Source of the DNA: an uncultured delta proteobacterium
GTDB taxonomy: Bacteria > Desulfobacterota > Desulfuromonadia > Desulfuromonadales > JACZKF01
Length of the DNA stretch: 64,000 nt
Direction of reading: 5' to 3'
Assembly (NCBI GenBank): GCA_963816395.1
Contig: CAWFKQ010000010.1
Location: 160,001 to 224,000 of the forward strand
Shown: positions 10,717 to 24,637 of the stretch, one piece after another
Numbering within the stretch: position 1 is the first letter of the stretch
How the letters are laid out: every line of letters begins with the position of its first letter
The notes under the pieces: generated by a model
What the model saw: only the letters and a program-made list of their open reading frames with translations
The model's database searches: none
Told to the model about the DNA's origin: nothing
Program-made: the position numbers and the translations under genes

Positions 10717-12382
10717 ATGAAGGAAAAACTGCGACAGCACCTGAGTGATGCCCTTCAGGCCTGTTACCGGGAGGGCTTGCTGGTTTCAGGCCATTGCCCC
10801 GAGATTATCCTGGAAATTCCTGCTAATGCCAGCCACGGCGATTTCGCCACCAATCTGGCGATGACTCTGGCCCGTGTGGAGAAGAAGCCGCCGCGGCAAA
10901 TTGCCGAGATCCTGGTTCGGACTCTGGGTAATGCTGGCGGCCTCTGCCGGCAGGTGGAGATCGCCGGCCCCGGTTTCATCAATTTTTTTATCAGCAGCCA
11001 ATGCTGGTACGAGGTTTTGGACGAAATTGTCCAGCAGGGGGAAGATTACGGGAAAAGCCAATTGGGCGCCGGTCGCGAAATACAGGTGGAATTCGTCAGC
11101 GCCAACCCTACCGGTCCTTTGCATATCGGCCACGGCCGCGGGGCGGCCATCGGCGATGCCGTTGCCACGGTGCTGGCGGCGGCCGGCTACCGGGTGCAGC
11201 GCGAATACTACATCAACGATGCCGGTAACCAGGTGGCCCTGCTCGGCCGTTCCGTCTGGTTGCGGCTTCGGGAACTGCTCGGCCAATCGGTGGTCTTTCC
11301 CGAAGACGGTTATCAGGGGGATTATGTGCGGGAGATCGCCCGCGATCTGCTTCGGGAGCACGGAGAAGGGATTGCCGGCCAGGCTGAAGCTGAGGCGGTT
11401 TCCTTCTGTAGTGATTTTGGCGTGAAGGCGATGCTCCGATGGATCGACGGCGACCTGCGCGAGTTCGGCGTCCGTTTTGACAACTGGTACAGCGAACGTA
11501 CCCTGTACGAGCGCGACCTGGTGAACAAGGAATTGGGAAAGCTGCGGGAGCGCGGGCTCACTTTCGAGAAAGAGGGTGCGCTGTGGTTTCGCACCACCGA
11601 TTTCGGCGACGACAAGGATCGGGTGCTGCTGCGCTCCGACGGCAGTCCCACCTACTTCGCTTCGGACGTCGCCTACCATATGGAGAAATTCGAGCGAGGC
11701 TTCGACGTGGTGGTCGACGTCTGGGGTGCCGACCACCACGGTTACGTGCCGCGGATGAAGGCCGTGCTGGCAGGTCTCGGGCACGCCCCCGACGACCTGC
11801 AGGTAATATTGATCCAGATGGTCAGCCTCTTGCGCGAAGGGCAGCCGGTCTCCATGGGGAAGCGGTCAGGAGAATTCGTCACCCTGCGCGAGGTGATCGA
11901 TGAGGTTGGGCGGGACGCCTGCCGTTTTTTCTTTCTCATGCGACGCTCCGACAGCCAACTCGATTTCGATCTGGAGTTGGCCAAAAAACAGAGCAATGAA
12001 AATCCGGTATATTATGTCCAGTATGCGCACGCCCGGATCTGCAGCATTCACCGCAATGCCGCCGATGCCGGCGATGGTTTTGCCGGCTGTCGGCGAGGTC
12101 GACTTCGGTTGCCTGGCCCTGGATGAAGAACTGGCCCTGACCAAATTCCTGGCCCGCTTTCCGGAGACGGTGGAGGGTGCGGCCCGGCTTTTCGAGCCAC
12201 ACCGGATTGCTTCCTATCTGCAGGATTTGGCTGCCCTGTTCCATAGCTACTACAACCGGCAACGGGTGTTGACCGAGGATCTCGCCAGCAGCCGTGCCCG
12301 ACTATATCTGGTGCACGGGGTCCGCACGGTCCTGCGCAATGCTTTGCTGCTGCTGGGGGTTTCGGCCCCTGAGCAGATGTAG
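10717..12382 (+). CDS. argS: Arginyl-tRNA synthetase (frameshift ~12074)
   Basis: [19 protein letters not shown] (HIGH), [30 protein letters not shown]. Confidence 0.96.
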
Positions 12383-12396
12383 GCAGGAGGCGAATA

Positions 12397-13070
12397 ATGG
12401 CTTCGCAGATCATCAGCCGGACGCAGCGGCGGATGGAAAAGAAACAGGCCCTGGTCCTGCTCGCCCTGGTTCTGGGGGTTTCCCTCGTCAGTTTTACCCT
12501 GGGAGTGATGGTCGGCAAAGGACGCAGCCTGGAAACGCCAGTCCAGTCCTCGGCTGCTCCGGAGCGGTTGCCGGTGGTCGCCAGTGCCGCCTGGCGCCGC
12601 TACAGGTTCCTCGTCGGCTCCTGCGCCAAAGGATGAAAAGCTTACTTTTTTTGACACCCTGCCGAAAGGGGAGCAATCCCCTCTGGGGAGCGGCATTAAC
12701 CTGCCGCCGAAACAAGAATCGTCGGCTGACTCCTGTTCCTCCTGCGCCCGTGCCACTTCCGGCGGCCTTGCCCGCCGCTGACCATCCCGCTGTGCCGGCG
12801 GCCAGGACCGCCCCTGCTGCCGCCGTTGCGCCCCAAGGGGAGTGGCGGGTCCAGGTCGCCTCTTTCAGGGGGGTGGGAGATGCCCGGAAACTCGAGGCGC
12901 GGCTGGTGGAGAAGGGATACGCCGCTTTCACCCGGGAAGCCGAATTGGGGACCAAGGGGAAGTGGTATAGGGTGATGGTCGGCCCCTTTGCCAGCGAAAC
13001 CGCGGTGGCAAGGGCCGCCGACCGCCTGAAGAAAGAAGAGAAACTCTCTGCCCTGATACGCAGGGACTGA
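12397..13070 (+). CDS. SPOR-domain membrane protein, FtsN/DedD-like (frameshifts ~12583, ~12730)
   Basis: N-terminal TM, LTFFDTL, Pro/Ala linker, WRVQVASF...WYRVMVGPF; follows argS. Confidence 0.85.
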
Positions 13071-13076
13071 GGCGCC

Positions 13077-14112
13077 ATGCACCCGTTGACTTCCATTCTG
13101 GTTACCGGCGGTGCCGGTTTCATTGGCTCGCATCTCTGCGAAGCCCTGCTGCGGCAAGGGCGACGGGTTGTCGTCCTGGACAATTGCTGCGATTTCTACG
13201 ACCCGGCGATCAAGGCGGCCAATCTGCAGGCGGTCCGCCGCCGCCCGCGAGACGAGGGCTTCCCTAGCCATCCTGCACGGCGATATTCGTCGCCCTGCCG
13301 ATCTGGAGCGGGCCTTTCGCGCCCTCGGCCCGGCAGCAACGGCAGCGGTAGTGCACCTGGCGGCCATGGCCGGAGTGCGCCCCTCGATTGAGCGGCCGCA
13401 GCTGTATTTTGATGTGAATGTCACCGGTACGCTCCATCTGCTGGAAGCCTGCCGCCACTTCGGCGTGCGGCGCCTGGCTTTCGCCTCTTCTTCCTCGGTC
13501 TACGGCAACAGCGCCAAAGTCCCGTTTGCCGAAACCGATCCGGTGGACCAGCCGATCTCTCCCTATGCCGCCAGCAAGAAAGCCGGGGAGAACCTCTGTT
13601 TCAACTATCACCACCTGTATGGCCTTTCCGTCGCCTGCCTGCGCTTCTTTACCGTATATGGCCCCCGGCAGCGCCCCGATCTGGCTATCCACAAGTTTGC
13701 CCGACTGCTCCACGCCGACCAGCCGATCCCTTTCTTTGGTGATGGCACCACCCGCCGCGATTACACCTACGTGAGCGATACCCTGCAAGGGGTTCTCGGT
13801 GCCCTGGATTGGCTGAGCCAGGGTGAATCGCCGGTGTACGAGATTTTCAATCTCGGTGAATCGCGGACTGTTGAACTCTCTACCCTGGTTCGGCTGCTGG
13901 CTGAAACCATGGGCAGAGATCCGATCCTGCAGCGGCTGCCGATGCAGCCGGGGGACGTTCTTTGCACCTATGCCGACATCGCCAAGGCGCAGCGGCTGCT
14001 CGGATATTCGCCGCAGGTCGCCATCGAAGAGGGAATCCCCCGCTTCATTGACTGGTTCCTGGCTCCCCGCGGCGGAGAATTTTCCCTTGACAACCGGCGC
14101 GGATGCCAGTAG
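13077..14112 (+). CDS. NAD-dependent epimerase/dehydratase, UDP-glucuronate 4-epimerase-like (frameshift ~13235)
   Basis: [45 protein letters not shown]. Confidence 0.9.
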
Positions 14113-14115
14113 ATT
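14087..14115 (+). promoter_or_regulatory. sigma70 promoter for the tRNA pair, overlapping the end of the epimerase CDS
   Basis: TTGACA-N17-TAGATT, 13 nt before tRNA-fMet. Confidence 0.7.
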
Positions 14116-14128
14116 TCCAATTCCCTGG

Positions 14129-14205
<77 letters not shown>

Positions 14206-14245
14206 GCATTCAGATCTCCCGTCCGGAGATCTTCTTTGATAGTTC

Positions 14246-14322
14246 GGCGGTGTAGCTCAGTTGGTTAGAGCATGCGGCTCATATCCGCAGTGTCCGGAGT
14301 TCAAATCTCTGCACCGCCACCA
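14246..14322 (+). tRNA. tRNA-Met (CAT), most likely elongator
   Basis: GGCGGTGTAGCTCAG...tgcgg-ctCATat-ccgca...GTTCAAATC...CCA. Confidence 0.9.
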
Positions 14323-14330
14323 TGCCCGGC

Positions 14331-14369
14331 AAAACCCTCTCCGGCTTCCCGGAGGGGGTTTTGCTTTTT
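14331..14369 (+). terminator. Rho-independent terminator after the tRNAs
   Basis: aaaaccctctccgg-cttc-ccggagggggtttt followed by gcttttt. Confidence 0.75.
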
Positions 14370-14395
14370 CCCGGAATGTGGAAGGTACACCTGGC

Positions 14396-15752
14396 ATGCA
14401 GGAAACCGTCCGCCGGATGGTCCTGAGAAATCGCCTGCTGCGGGCAGGAGACCGGGTGCTGATCGCTATTTCCGGCGGCCCCGATTCGGTCTGCCTGCTG
14501 CACCTGCTGCGAGAGCTGGCCCCCGAGCTGCAACTCGATCTGGCGGCCGCCCACCTCGATCATGGTCTGCGGCCCGAGAGCGGTGACGAAGCTGATTTCG
14601 TGAGCAGTTTCTGCGCAAAATACGCAATTCCCCTGACGGTCGGGCGTATCGAAGTGGCCGCCGAGGCGCGCCGCCGCCGATGGGGACTGGAAGAGACCGC
14701 CAGGGAGGTGCGCCGGCAATTTTCTGCGGGAGACGGCAATCACCCGGAAATGCCGCCTGATTGCCCTCGGTCATCATCGCGGCGACCAGGCGGAAACGGT
14801 TCTGCACAGGCTGCTGCGCGGCACCGGCCCTTCCGGTCTGGCCGGTATGCGGCCGGAGGAGGGGCCATTCATCCGTCCCCTGCTGGAAGTGTCGCGGCGG
14901 CAGATCCTCGCCTATCTGGAGAGTCATCGCCTCTCCTGGCTGCAGGATCCGAGCAATAGCGATCCGGCTTTTACTCGCAACCGCTTGCGGCATGACCTGT
15001 TGCCGCGGCTGCAGGCGTTCAATCCACGAATCGAGGAGCATCTGGCCCGTCTCGGCCGACGCCTCGCCCTGGAAGAGGACTTCTGGCAGGTAGAGACGGA
15101 GAAAGCTTTTGCCCCTCTCGCCCGGTTCGACGGGGAAGGTTTATATCTTGATCGCCCGCTCCTGCTCGATCTGCATCCGGCCATGCGCGCCCGGGTGCTG
15201 CGCCGGGCATTGCGCCAGGTGCGGGGGGATTTACGCAGTCTGGCCGCCGTTCACCTGGAGAGTCTGGAGGCCCTGCTGCAGGGGGAACGGCCGCAAGCCG
15301 ATTGCCATCTGCCGGGAGCCTGGGTGGGGCGCCGCTACGATCGGCTGTGGGTGCGGCCGGCGCCGCCGTCCGAGCCAGCTGATAGCCTGCTCAGCGTGGC
15401 CGGGCCCGGGATTTTTCCCCTCCCCGGAGGCGAATTGCGGGTCACCGTGGAACCAGCGGCACTCGGCGAAGGGCCGCTGGCAGTTGAGTTCGATTTCGCC
15501 GGAATCACCTTTCCCCTAATCGTACGCCGGCCCCGTCCCGGAGATCGTTTTCGCCCTGCCGGCCTGGGTGGGCGGAAGAAGCTCAAGGATTTCTTTATCG
15601 ACGCCAAGCTCGATCGCGAGTCGCGGCGCCAGGTACTGGTGGTGGAGGGGGAAGAAATCCTCTGGCTGATCGGCATCCGCCGTTGCGACAAATGGCGGCC
15701 GCCCCTTGGCGGGACGGTTCTGAGGCTTGATTTCCACCTGCCGGAGGCCTGA
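14396..15752 (+). CDS. tilS: tRNA(Ile)-lysidine synthetase (frameshift ~14720)
   Basis: SGGPDS PP-loop, HLDHGLR, GHHRGDQAET, IRPLL, DPSN, RNRLR, KKLKDFFID. Confidence 0.95.
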
Positions 15753-15760
15753 CAATTCGC

Positions 15761-15789
15761 TTGTGAAATCATGGGGTTTATGATAGATT
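15761..15789 (+). promoter_or_regulatory. Putative sigma70 promoter of ftsH
   Basis: TTGTGA-N17-TAGATT with TG extension. Confidence 0.5.
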
Positions 15790-15863
15790 TCCGGGTGCGC
15801 TTCAGCGCTGCCCGGGTTTTATGAAAAGGCGGCGCTAAGCGTAAAAAGTATTTAGGGGGTACA

Positions 15864-17735
<1,872 letters not shown>

Positions 17736-18618
17736 GTGACGATTCCGGCGCCGCCCGACCCATCTCCGCCCAATTTCCTTGCCGGCCGCAGCTGCCGCTT
17801 GGCTCTCGACCAACCCTTGATCATGGGAGTGCTCAACGTCACTCCCGATTCCTTTTCCGACGGCGGCCGTTACGCCTCCCTTGAGGACGCCCGGCGGCGT
17901 GGGGCGGAACTGGCCGCGGCGGGCGCCGACCTGATCGACATCGGCGGCGAAAGCACCCGTCCCGGGGCGCCGACGGTTTCGACGGCGGAAGAGCTGGATC
18001 GGGTGCTGCCGGTGGTCGAGGCCCTTCGGCGGGAGACGGCCATTCCCCTATCCATCGATACCAGCAAAGCCGCCGTGGCCCGGGCGGCAATGGCGGCCGG
18101 GGCGGAGTTCATCAACGATATCAGCGGTCTGCATTTCGATCCGGAAATGGCGGCGACGGTGGCCGCCGGCGGGGCGGGGCTGTTCCTTATGCATACCCGG
18201 GGGCGCCCTGACCGGATGCAGCAAGACACCCGCTATGAAGACCTGCTGGGGGAGATCCTGGCCTCCCTGCGGGAGGCATTGGCGGTGGCGACCGCCGCCG
18301 GTATCCCGGAGGAGAAGCTGGCGGTCGATCCCTGGGATCGGCTTCGGCAAGGGTGCGGCGGGAAATCTGGAAATCCTGCGACGGCTCGGGGAATTGCATT
18401 GCCTGGGACGGCCGATCCTCCTCGGCACCTCGCGCAAGAGCTTCATCGGACGGGTACTCGACCAGCCCGATCCGGGCCAGCGCCTCTACGGAACCCTGGC
18501 GACTATCGCCCTGGGGGTCGTCCAGGGCGCCCATGTATTCCGGGTGCATGAGGTGCTCCCGGCCAAGGAGACGGCTCGAATGGCGTGGGCCGTTTGCAGC
18601 GGCAACATGCCGCGATAA
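17736..18618 (+). CDS. folP: Dihydropteroate synthase (frameshift ~18332)
   Basis: MGVLNVTPDSFSDGG, IGGESTRPGA, DPGIGFGK, SRKSFIG, RVHEV. Confidence 0.95.
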
Positions 18619-18648
18619 GGCTGATTTTCTGCAGATGATGGATAGCCG

Positions 18649-19438
18649 ATGAGTGGGACATTTGAAGCTCTGAAAAATTTCCGCTGGCTTCTCGACCTGC
18701 TTGACATCGGCCTGGTCGCTTTCATCATCTATCGGATCATCCTCCTCATCAAGGGAACCCGAGCCGTGCAGATGCTGCTCGGCCTGGCAGTGATCCTCAT
18801 CATCTACATGGGGTCTCAGGTCGGTGGTCTTTACACCCTGCACTGGATCCTGGATAACTTCCTCTCCTCGATCATCCTGGTGATCGTCGTTCTCTTCCAG
18901 AACGACATCCGGCGCGCCCTCATCCATGTCGGCCGCAACCCGTTCTTCGCCGACCTCTCCTATCGCGAAGAGACCGAAGTTATGGAGGAACTGGTCAAAG
19001 GCCTGCGTCAGCCTGGGGAACAAAAAAATCGGCGCTCTGATCGTCATTGAGCGGGAGACCGGAATCAAGGACTTTCTCGAGGTCGGGGTGGAGATCGACG
19101 CCAAGGTTTCCAGCGATTTAATCACCTCCATCTTTCTCCCCTATTCCCCCATTCACGACGGCGCCCTGGTCATCCAGCAGGGACGACTCAAGCGGGCCGG
19201 CTGTTTCCTTCCTCTCTCGCAGAACCCCGACATCAGCAAGGCTCTTGGAACCCGGCACCGGGCGGCGATCGGCCTGACCGAGCTGGTCGATGCGGTGGCC
19301 ATCGTCGTCTCGGAAGAAACCGGTAAGATTTCCGCGGTGGTCGGCGGCCGTATCACCCGTGATCTCGATTCAACCGCCTTGAAGCGGGTGCTCAAACGCC
19401 TGCTCGAGCCGCGCACCGTGAAAAAGAAGAAAAAATAG
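18649..19438 (+). CDS. cdaA: Diadenylate cyclase CdaA (frameshift ~19000)
   Basis: Three TM helices, then DisA_N domain with HDGA and GTRHRAA catalytic motifs, VVSEETG. Confidence 0.93.
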
Positions 19439-19440
19439 GT

Positions 19441-20157
19441 ATGCTTGAGAAATTGACGGAAAACTGGATCCTGAAACTGGTTTCCCTCACCTTCGCCCTC
19501 ATCCTGTGGTTCTTCGTCATGGGGGAACGAAAGCTGGAGGTCGGTTTTCAGGTGCCGCTCGAACTGGAAAACGTCCCGCCGGGTCTGATGGTTGCCAACG
19601 AGGTGCCCAGTCTGATCGACGTGAGGATCAGCGGCCCGCGGACGGTTCTGATGAATCTGCACCCGAACGACATCAGTATCGCCGTCGACCTCAAGGATCT
19701 GCCGCCGGGTCTCACCTCTTTCAAGCGGCTGGAAGAACGCCTCAACATACCGACGGCCCTGAAGGTGACGCGGCTCTCCCCCTCTTTCGTGGATGTGAAA
19801 CTGGAGCGGATCAAGCAGAAGACGGTGCCGGTGCATCCGGTTTTCGCCGGCACGCCGGCCGAGGGATATCAGTTCGGTGCAATCCAGGTTTCCCCCGTCC
19901 TGGTAACGGTTGAAGGGGCGGAGAGCGAGATCAAGGACGTGACCGAAGTGCCCACCGAGCCGATCGAGGTCGAGGGGAGCAAGGAAAGCTTCACACTAAT
20001 GGTTCCCCTCGACTACAAGGGAAAATATTCGGCACTCAAAAACCACCAGACCGCGGAAGTTCGGGTCACCATTGAACCGGTTGCGGCGATTCCGCCCCCG
20101 GCGCCTGCAACCGAACCGGTCACACCATCGCCTCCCAGAGAACAGGCCAATCCATGA
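19441..20157 (+). CDS. cdaR: CdaR/YbbR-domain protein
   Basis: [15 protein letters not shown] anchor, two YbbR-like repeats; lies between cdaA and glmM. Confidence 0.88.
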   Translation: MLEKLTENWILKLVSLTFALILWFFVMGERKLEVGFQVPLELENVPPGLMVANEVPSLIDVRISGPRTVLMNLHPNDISIAVDLKDLPPGLTSFKRLEERLNIPTALKVTRLSPSFVDVKLERIKQKTVPVHPVFAGTPAEGYQFGAIQVSPVLVTVEGAESEIKDVTEVPTEPIEVEGSKESFTLMVPLDYKGKYSALKNHQTAEVRVTIEPVAAIPPPAPATEPVTPSPPREQANP

Positions 20158-21518
20158 AGAAGAAACTTTTCGGCACTGACGGCGTACGCGGCGTAGCCAA
20201 CATCCAGCCGATGACCACCGAAATTGCCATGCAGTTGGGGCGTGCCGCCGCCTACGTTTTCCGCAACGGCAGCAAACGCCATCGGGTCGTCATCGGCAAG
20301 GATACCCGCCTCTCCGGCTACATGATCGAAAACGCCCTGGCGGCAGGGATCTGTTCCATGGGGGTGGATGTCCTGCTGGTCGGGCCGCTCCCCACCCCCG
20401 GAATCGCCTTTATCACCGCTTCCATGCGGGCCGACGCAGGTGTGGTTATCTCCGCCTCCCATAATCCCTACCAGGACAACGGCATTAAATTCTTCTCCCG
20501 TGACGGGTTCAAGCTCCCGGACGAGGTGGAGCTGAAAATCGAGGAATTGATTTTCTCGAAAAAGATCGATTCCTTGCGCCCCATCGCCTCGGAAGTGGGA
20601 AAAGCCTTCCGTATCGATGATGCCAAAGGGCGCTACATCGTCTTTCTCAAAAACGCCTTCCCGCGGGACCTTGATCTGCAGGGGCTGCGCATCGTCCTCG
20701 ACTGTGCCCACGGTGCTGCCTACAAGGTCGCTCCGGCGGTCCTCGAGGAACTGGGGGCGGAAGTCATCTCCCTGGGAGTCGCACCCAACGGCACCAACAT
20801 CAATGCTGGTTGCGGTTCCCTGCACCCGGAGGTGATCTCTGAGGCGGTCAAAGAGCATCGGGCTCACCTGGGGATCGCCCTCGACGGCGACGCGGACCGG
20901 GTGATCTTCGTTGACGAGTTCGGCAACGAAGTCGACGGCGACCATATCATGGCCATCTGCGCCACCCGCATGCTGCGGGAGGAACGGCTGTCCCACAAGA
21001 CCCTGGTGACCACGGTTATGAGCAACCTGGGGCTCGACATAGCCATCCGCCAGGCGGGCGGGAAAGTGGTGAAAACCGCCGTCGGCGATCGTTATGTGGT
21101 GGAGGAGATGCTGCGGGGCGGCTACAATCTGGGGGGCGAGCAGTCGGGGCACATGATTTTTCTTGACCATAATACGACCGGCGACGGCATGATTTCCGCA
21201 CTGCAGGTACTGGCAATCATGCAGCGCAGCGGCCGGAGGCTGTCCGAACTGGCCGAGGTAATGATTTCCCTGCCGCAGGTGCTGGTCAATGTCCGGGTCA
21301 ACGAAAAGCGCGACCTGGGGGAAATCCCCGAGGTGCAGAAGATGGTCGTGGCCACCGAAGAGAAGCTGGGGGATGCCGGCCGGGTGCTCATCCGCTATTC
21401 CGGCACCGAGCCGCTGCTGCGGATTATGCTGGAAGGTCAGGACAAATACCAGATCACCGAGATGGCGCAAACCCTCGGTTCCACCATTGAAAGGCACCTG
21501 GGGGGCAGGAAGGAGTAG
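20154..21518 (+). CDS. glmM: Phosphoglucosamine mutase
   Basis: [35 protein letters not shown]. Confidence 0.97.
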   Translation: MKKKLFGTDGVRGVANIQPMTTEIAMQLGRAAAYVFRNGSKRHRVVIGKDTRLSGYMIENALAAGICSMGVDVLLVGPLPTPGIAFITASMRADAGVVISASHNPYQDNGIKFFSRDGFKLPDEVELKIEELIFSKKIDSLRPIASEVGKAFRIDDAKGRYIVFLKNAFPRDLDLQGLRIVLDCAHGAAYKVAPAVLEELGAEVISLGVAPNGTNINAGCGSLHPEVISEAVKEHRAHLGIALDGDADRVIFVDEFGNEVDGDHIMAICATRMLREERLSHKTLVTTVMSNLGLDIAIRQAGGKVVKTAVGDRYVVEEMLRGGYNLGGEQSGHMIFLDHNTTGDGMISALQVLAIMQRSGRRLSELAEVMISLPQVLVNVRVNEKRDLGEIPEVQKMVVATEEKLGDAGRVLIRYSGTEPLLRIMLEGQDKYQITEMAQTLGSTIERHLGGRKE

Positions 21519-21524
21519 GGCGGG

Positions 21525-22244
21525 ATGGCCAGGCTGGGAGTCAATATCGATCACGTTGCCACCGTCCGTCAGGCGCGGGGGACCAGCGAGCCCGATCCGG
21601 TGACGGCGGCGGCCCTGGCTGAACTGGCGGGGGCGGACGGCATCACCGTCCATTTGCGCGAGGATCGGCGGCATATCCAGGACCGGGATGTGGAAATTCT
21701 GCGACGGACGGTGAAGACCCGGCTCAACCTGGAAATGGCGGCCACCGAGGAAATGACCGGCATCGCTCTGAAGATCCATCCCGATTGCGCCACCCTGGTG
21801 CCGGAAAGACGGGAGGAATTGACCACCGAGGGGGGATTGGATGTGCTCCGCCTCCAACGGAACCTGAAGCGGACAGTCGATCTGCTGCGGCAGGGGGAGA
21901 TTCGGGTAAGCCTGTTTGTCGACCCCGATCTGCAGCAGGTTAAGGCCGCCCACCGCCTCGGCGCCGATGCGATTGAGATCCACACTGGTGCCTACTGCGA
22001 TGCCCGTGGCGCCGCTGAGGCCCGGAAGGAACTGGAGAAGATCGAAACCTGCATCCGCGCTGGGCACAAGCTGGGGCTGGGCGTCAACGCCGGGCACGGT
22101 CTCAATTACCGCAATATTTTAGAGGTCGTCGCTTTGGGCGGAATTGAGGAGTTCAACATCGGCCACAGCATCGTCTCCCGGGCGGTGCTGATCGGTCTGG
22201 AGCGCGCCGTTCGGGAGATGGCGGCTCTGGTCCGTGGAGATTGA
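21525..22244 (+). CDS. pdxJ: Pyridoxine 5'-phosphate synthase
   Basis: [39 protein letters not shown]. Confidence 0.97.
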   Translation: MARLGVNIDHVATVRQARGTSEPDPVTAAALAELAGADGITVHLREDRRHIQDRDVEILRRTVKTRLNLEMAATEEMTGIALKIHPDCATLVPERREELTTEGGLDVLRLQRNLKRTVDLLRQGEIRVSLFVDPDLQQVKAAHRLGADAIEIHTGAYCDARGAAEARKELEKIETCIRAGHKLGLGVNAGHGLNYRNILEVVALGGIEEFNIGHSIVSRAVLIGLERAVREMAALVRGD

Positions 22245-22248
22245 GACC

Positions 22249-22629
22249 GTGATTGCCGGGGTGGGGGTTGACCTGGTGCGTGTTGAGCGCTTCCGCCGTT
22301 TTCTGCTGGAGGAGAAGCGCGGAATCCTGGATCGCCTGTTCACTGCCGGCGAACAGGCTTACGCCCTGGCCAAGCGCGACCCGGCACCGCACCTGGGGGC
22401 CCGCTTCGCCGCCAAGGAAGCCTTCCTCAAGGCCCTCGGACTGGGGCTGCGGGAGGGAATCGGCTGGCAGGACGTGGAAATTGTGCGAAACGATCTGGGC
22501 TGCCCCTCTCTGCACCTTACCGGTCGCGCCGCGGAAATCTGCGGTGAGCGGAGGGTGCACACCGCCCACCTCTCCTACAGTCATGACGGCGACTACGCCG
22601 TCGCCACGGTCGTCCTGGAGCAGAGATGA
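22249..22629 (+). CDS. acpS: Holo-[acyl-carrier-protein] synthase
   Basis: GVGVDLV, RFAAKEAFLKALG, LSYSHD. Confidence 0.95.
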   Translation: MIAGVGVDLVRVERFRRFLLEEKRGILDRLFTAGEQAYALAKRDPAPHLGARFAAKEAFLKALGLGLREGIGWQDVEIVRNDLGCPSLHLTGRAAEICGERRVHTAHLSYSHDGDYAVATVVLEQR

Positions 22630-24191
22630 AACTGCTGACTGCCGAAGAGATGCGTGAACTCGACCGGCGCACTATCGAGGAGGTTGGCATCCCCGGAGTG
22701 GTGCTGATGGAGAATGCCGGCCGCGGTGCCGCCGACCTGCTGCTGTCCCGCTTTGCCCATCTGGCCCCGGGGCCGGTGCTGGTTCTGGCCGGCAAGGGCA
22801 ACAACGGCGGCGACGGATTCGTCATTGCCCGCTGGCTGCGGCAGGCCGGCTGGCAGGTGCGGACGGTGGTGCTGGCAGAATCCCAGGATGTCGCCGGCGA
22901 TGCCGCCGTTCACCTGCAGGCCCTGCGCCGCAGCGGCGGCGAGGTGATTTTCGCTGCGGACGACACCGGCCTGACCACCGCTCTGGCCGAGCAGGCCGGT
23001 AGCCGACTGGTGGTTGATGCGCTGCTCGGTACCGGGCTCTCCTCGGAAGTGCGCGGACTCTTTGCCAGGGCTATCGACTGGATCAACGCCGCCGGTCGGC
23101 CGGTTCTGGCGGTAGATATCCCTTCCGGGATCGATCCCGGCACCGGCGCCGTCCTCGGCCGGGCAGTGCGGGCCGATCTGACCGTCACCTTCGGTGGCGC
23201 CAAGGTGGGGCAGGCGGTGTATCCCGGAGCGGAGTACGCCGGCGAACTGGCGGTGGTCGACATCGGCATCCCCGCCGATCTCGAGCCAAGCGCCGGGGAC
23301 CGACACCGGCTGGTCGATGCCGCCGAAGCGGGTGCTCTGCTGGCGCCGCGCCCGGCCGCCGGCCACAAGGGGACCTTCGGTCACCTGCTGGTGATCGCCG
23401 GTTCGATGGGTAAATCGGGCGCGGCGGCGATGGCTGCTGCAGGGGGGCTGCGTGCCGGTGCCGGCCTGGTGACAGTGGCCTGCCCGGCGCCGGTCCAGGA
23501 AGTGCTGGCTTTCAAGGTGACAGAGGCCATGACCATCCCGCTGCCGGCGAGCGAAGGCGCCCTGGGGCTGCCGGCCCTCGAGCCGATCAAATTGGTGTGG
23601 GCGGGGAAAAAGGCGGTGGCCCTTGGCCCCGGATTGGGACAGGCTGAGGAAACCTTTGCCCTGGTCCGCCGGTTGGTGAGCGCCTGCCCGCTGCCCCTGG
23701 TCCTCGATGCCGATGGCCTGAATGCTATCGCCGATTGCCCGCAGATCCTCCTGGAGCGCACGGCACCGGCCATTCTTACACCGCACCCAGGTGAGATGGC
23801 CCGCCTGACCGGCACCAGCATTGCCGCCATCGAAGCCGACCGCATTGGCGCGGCGCGGCAATTCGCCGGCCGCTACCGGGTGGTGCTGGTCCTTAAGGGG
23901 GCCCGTACGGTGATTGCTTTCCCGGATGGCCGGGTGCGGATCAACGGTAGCGGAAATCCCGGGATGGCCAGCGGCGGCATGGGCGATGTGCTTACCGGCA
24001 TCCTCGGCGGTCTGCTGGCGCAGGGGCTGGAGGCGACCGCCGTCGCTGTTCTCGGCGTCTACCTGCACGGAATGGCCGCCGACCGACTGCTGCCGGCCAT
24101 GGGTGATGCCGGGATGATCGCCACGGATCTGCTGCGAGGATTGCCTGCCGCCCGGCACCACCTGCTCAACCAAGGAGTGAAAAGATGCTGA
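22626..24191 (+). CDS. nnr: Bifunctional NAD(P)H-hydrate epimerase/dehydratase
   Basis: LMENAG, GKGNNGGDG, DIPSG, HKGTFG, TPHPGE, GGMGDVL. Confidence 0.95.
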   Translation: MKLLTAEEMRELDRRTIEEVGIPGVVLMENAGRGAADLLLSRFAHLAPGPVLVLAGKGNNGGDGFVIARWLRQAGWQVRTVVLAESQDVAGDAAVHLQALRRSGGEVIFAADDTGLTTALAEQAGSRLVVDALLGTGLSSEVRGLFARAIDWINAAGRPVLAVDIPSGIDPGTGAVLGRAVRADLTVTFGGAKVGQAVYPGAEYAGELAVVDIGIPADLEPSAGDRHRLVDAAEAGALLAPRPAAGHKGTFGHLLVIAGSMGKSGAAAMAAAGGLRAGAGLVTVACPAPVQEVLAFKVTEAMTIPLPASEGALGLPALEPIKLVWAGKKAVALGPGLGQAEETFALVRRLVSACPLPLVLDADGLNAIADCPQILLERTAPAILTPHPGEMARLTGTSIAAIEADRIGAARQFAGRYRVVLVLKGARTVIAFPDGRVRINGSGNPGMASGGMGDVLTGILGGLLAQGLEATAVAVLGVYLHGMAADRLLPAMGDAGMIATDLLRGLPAARHHLLNQGVKRC

Positions 24192-24634
24192 AGGCCAAGG
24201 ATATCATGTCCACCCGAGTGCATTCGGTAACCGCTGATACCCAGATCAACGAACTGGCGCGCCGCTTTGTCGAGACTGGCGTCAGCGCCATGCCGGTGAT
24301 TGATGCAGAGGGCCATCTGGAGGGGATCGTCACCGAGACCGATCTGGTGGAGCAGGATAAACCGCTGCATATCCCCACCGTCATCTCGCTCTTCGACTGG
24401 GTGCTTTATGTCGAAAGCGAGAAAGAGTTCCGCGAGGAAGTCAAGAAGATAACCGCCCGCACGGTGCAGGAGATCTGCACCCGCGACGTGGTCTCCTGTA
24501 CTCCGGAGACCCCGATAAGCGAAATCGCCGCCCTTATGGTGGAGCACAAGGCCCATCTCATTCCGGTGGTCGAAGATGGCCGGGTAGTCGGCGTGGTGGC
24601 CAGGCTCGACGTTATACGGTCCATGGGGATCTAG
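24185..24634 (+). CDS. Stand-alone tandem CBS-domain protein
   Basis: AKDIMS, MPVID..GIVTETDL, IPVVEDGRVVGVVARLDV. Confidence 0.9.
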   Translation: MLKAKDIMSTRVHSVTADTQINELARRFVETGVSAMPVIDAEGHLEGIVTETDLVEQDKPLHIPTVISLFDWVLYVESEKEFREEVKKITARTVQEICTRDVVSCTPETPISEIAALMVEHKAHLIPVVEDGRVVGVVARLDVIRSMGI

Positions 24635-24637
24635 TCT

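Noticed and set aside
20013..24173. Long antisense ORFs (694 aa and 526 aa; also 31900-33573 and 51223-52839)
   Set aside because: These are shadows of GC-rich coding genes on the opposite strand, with no recognisable motifs.
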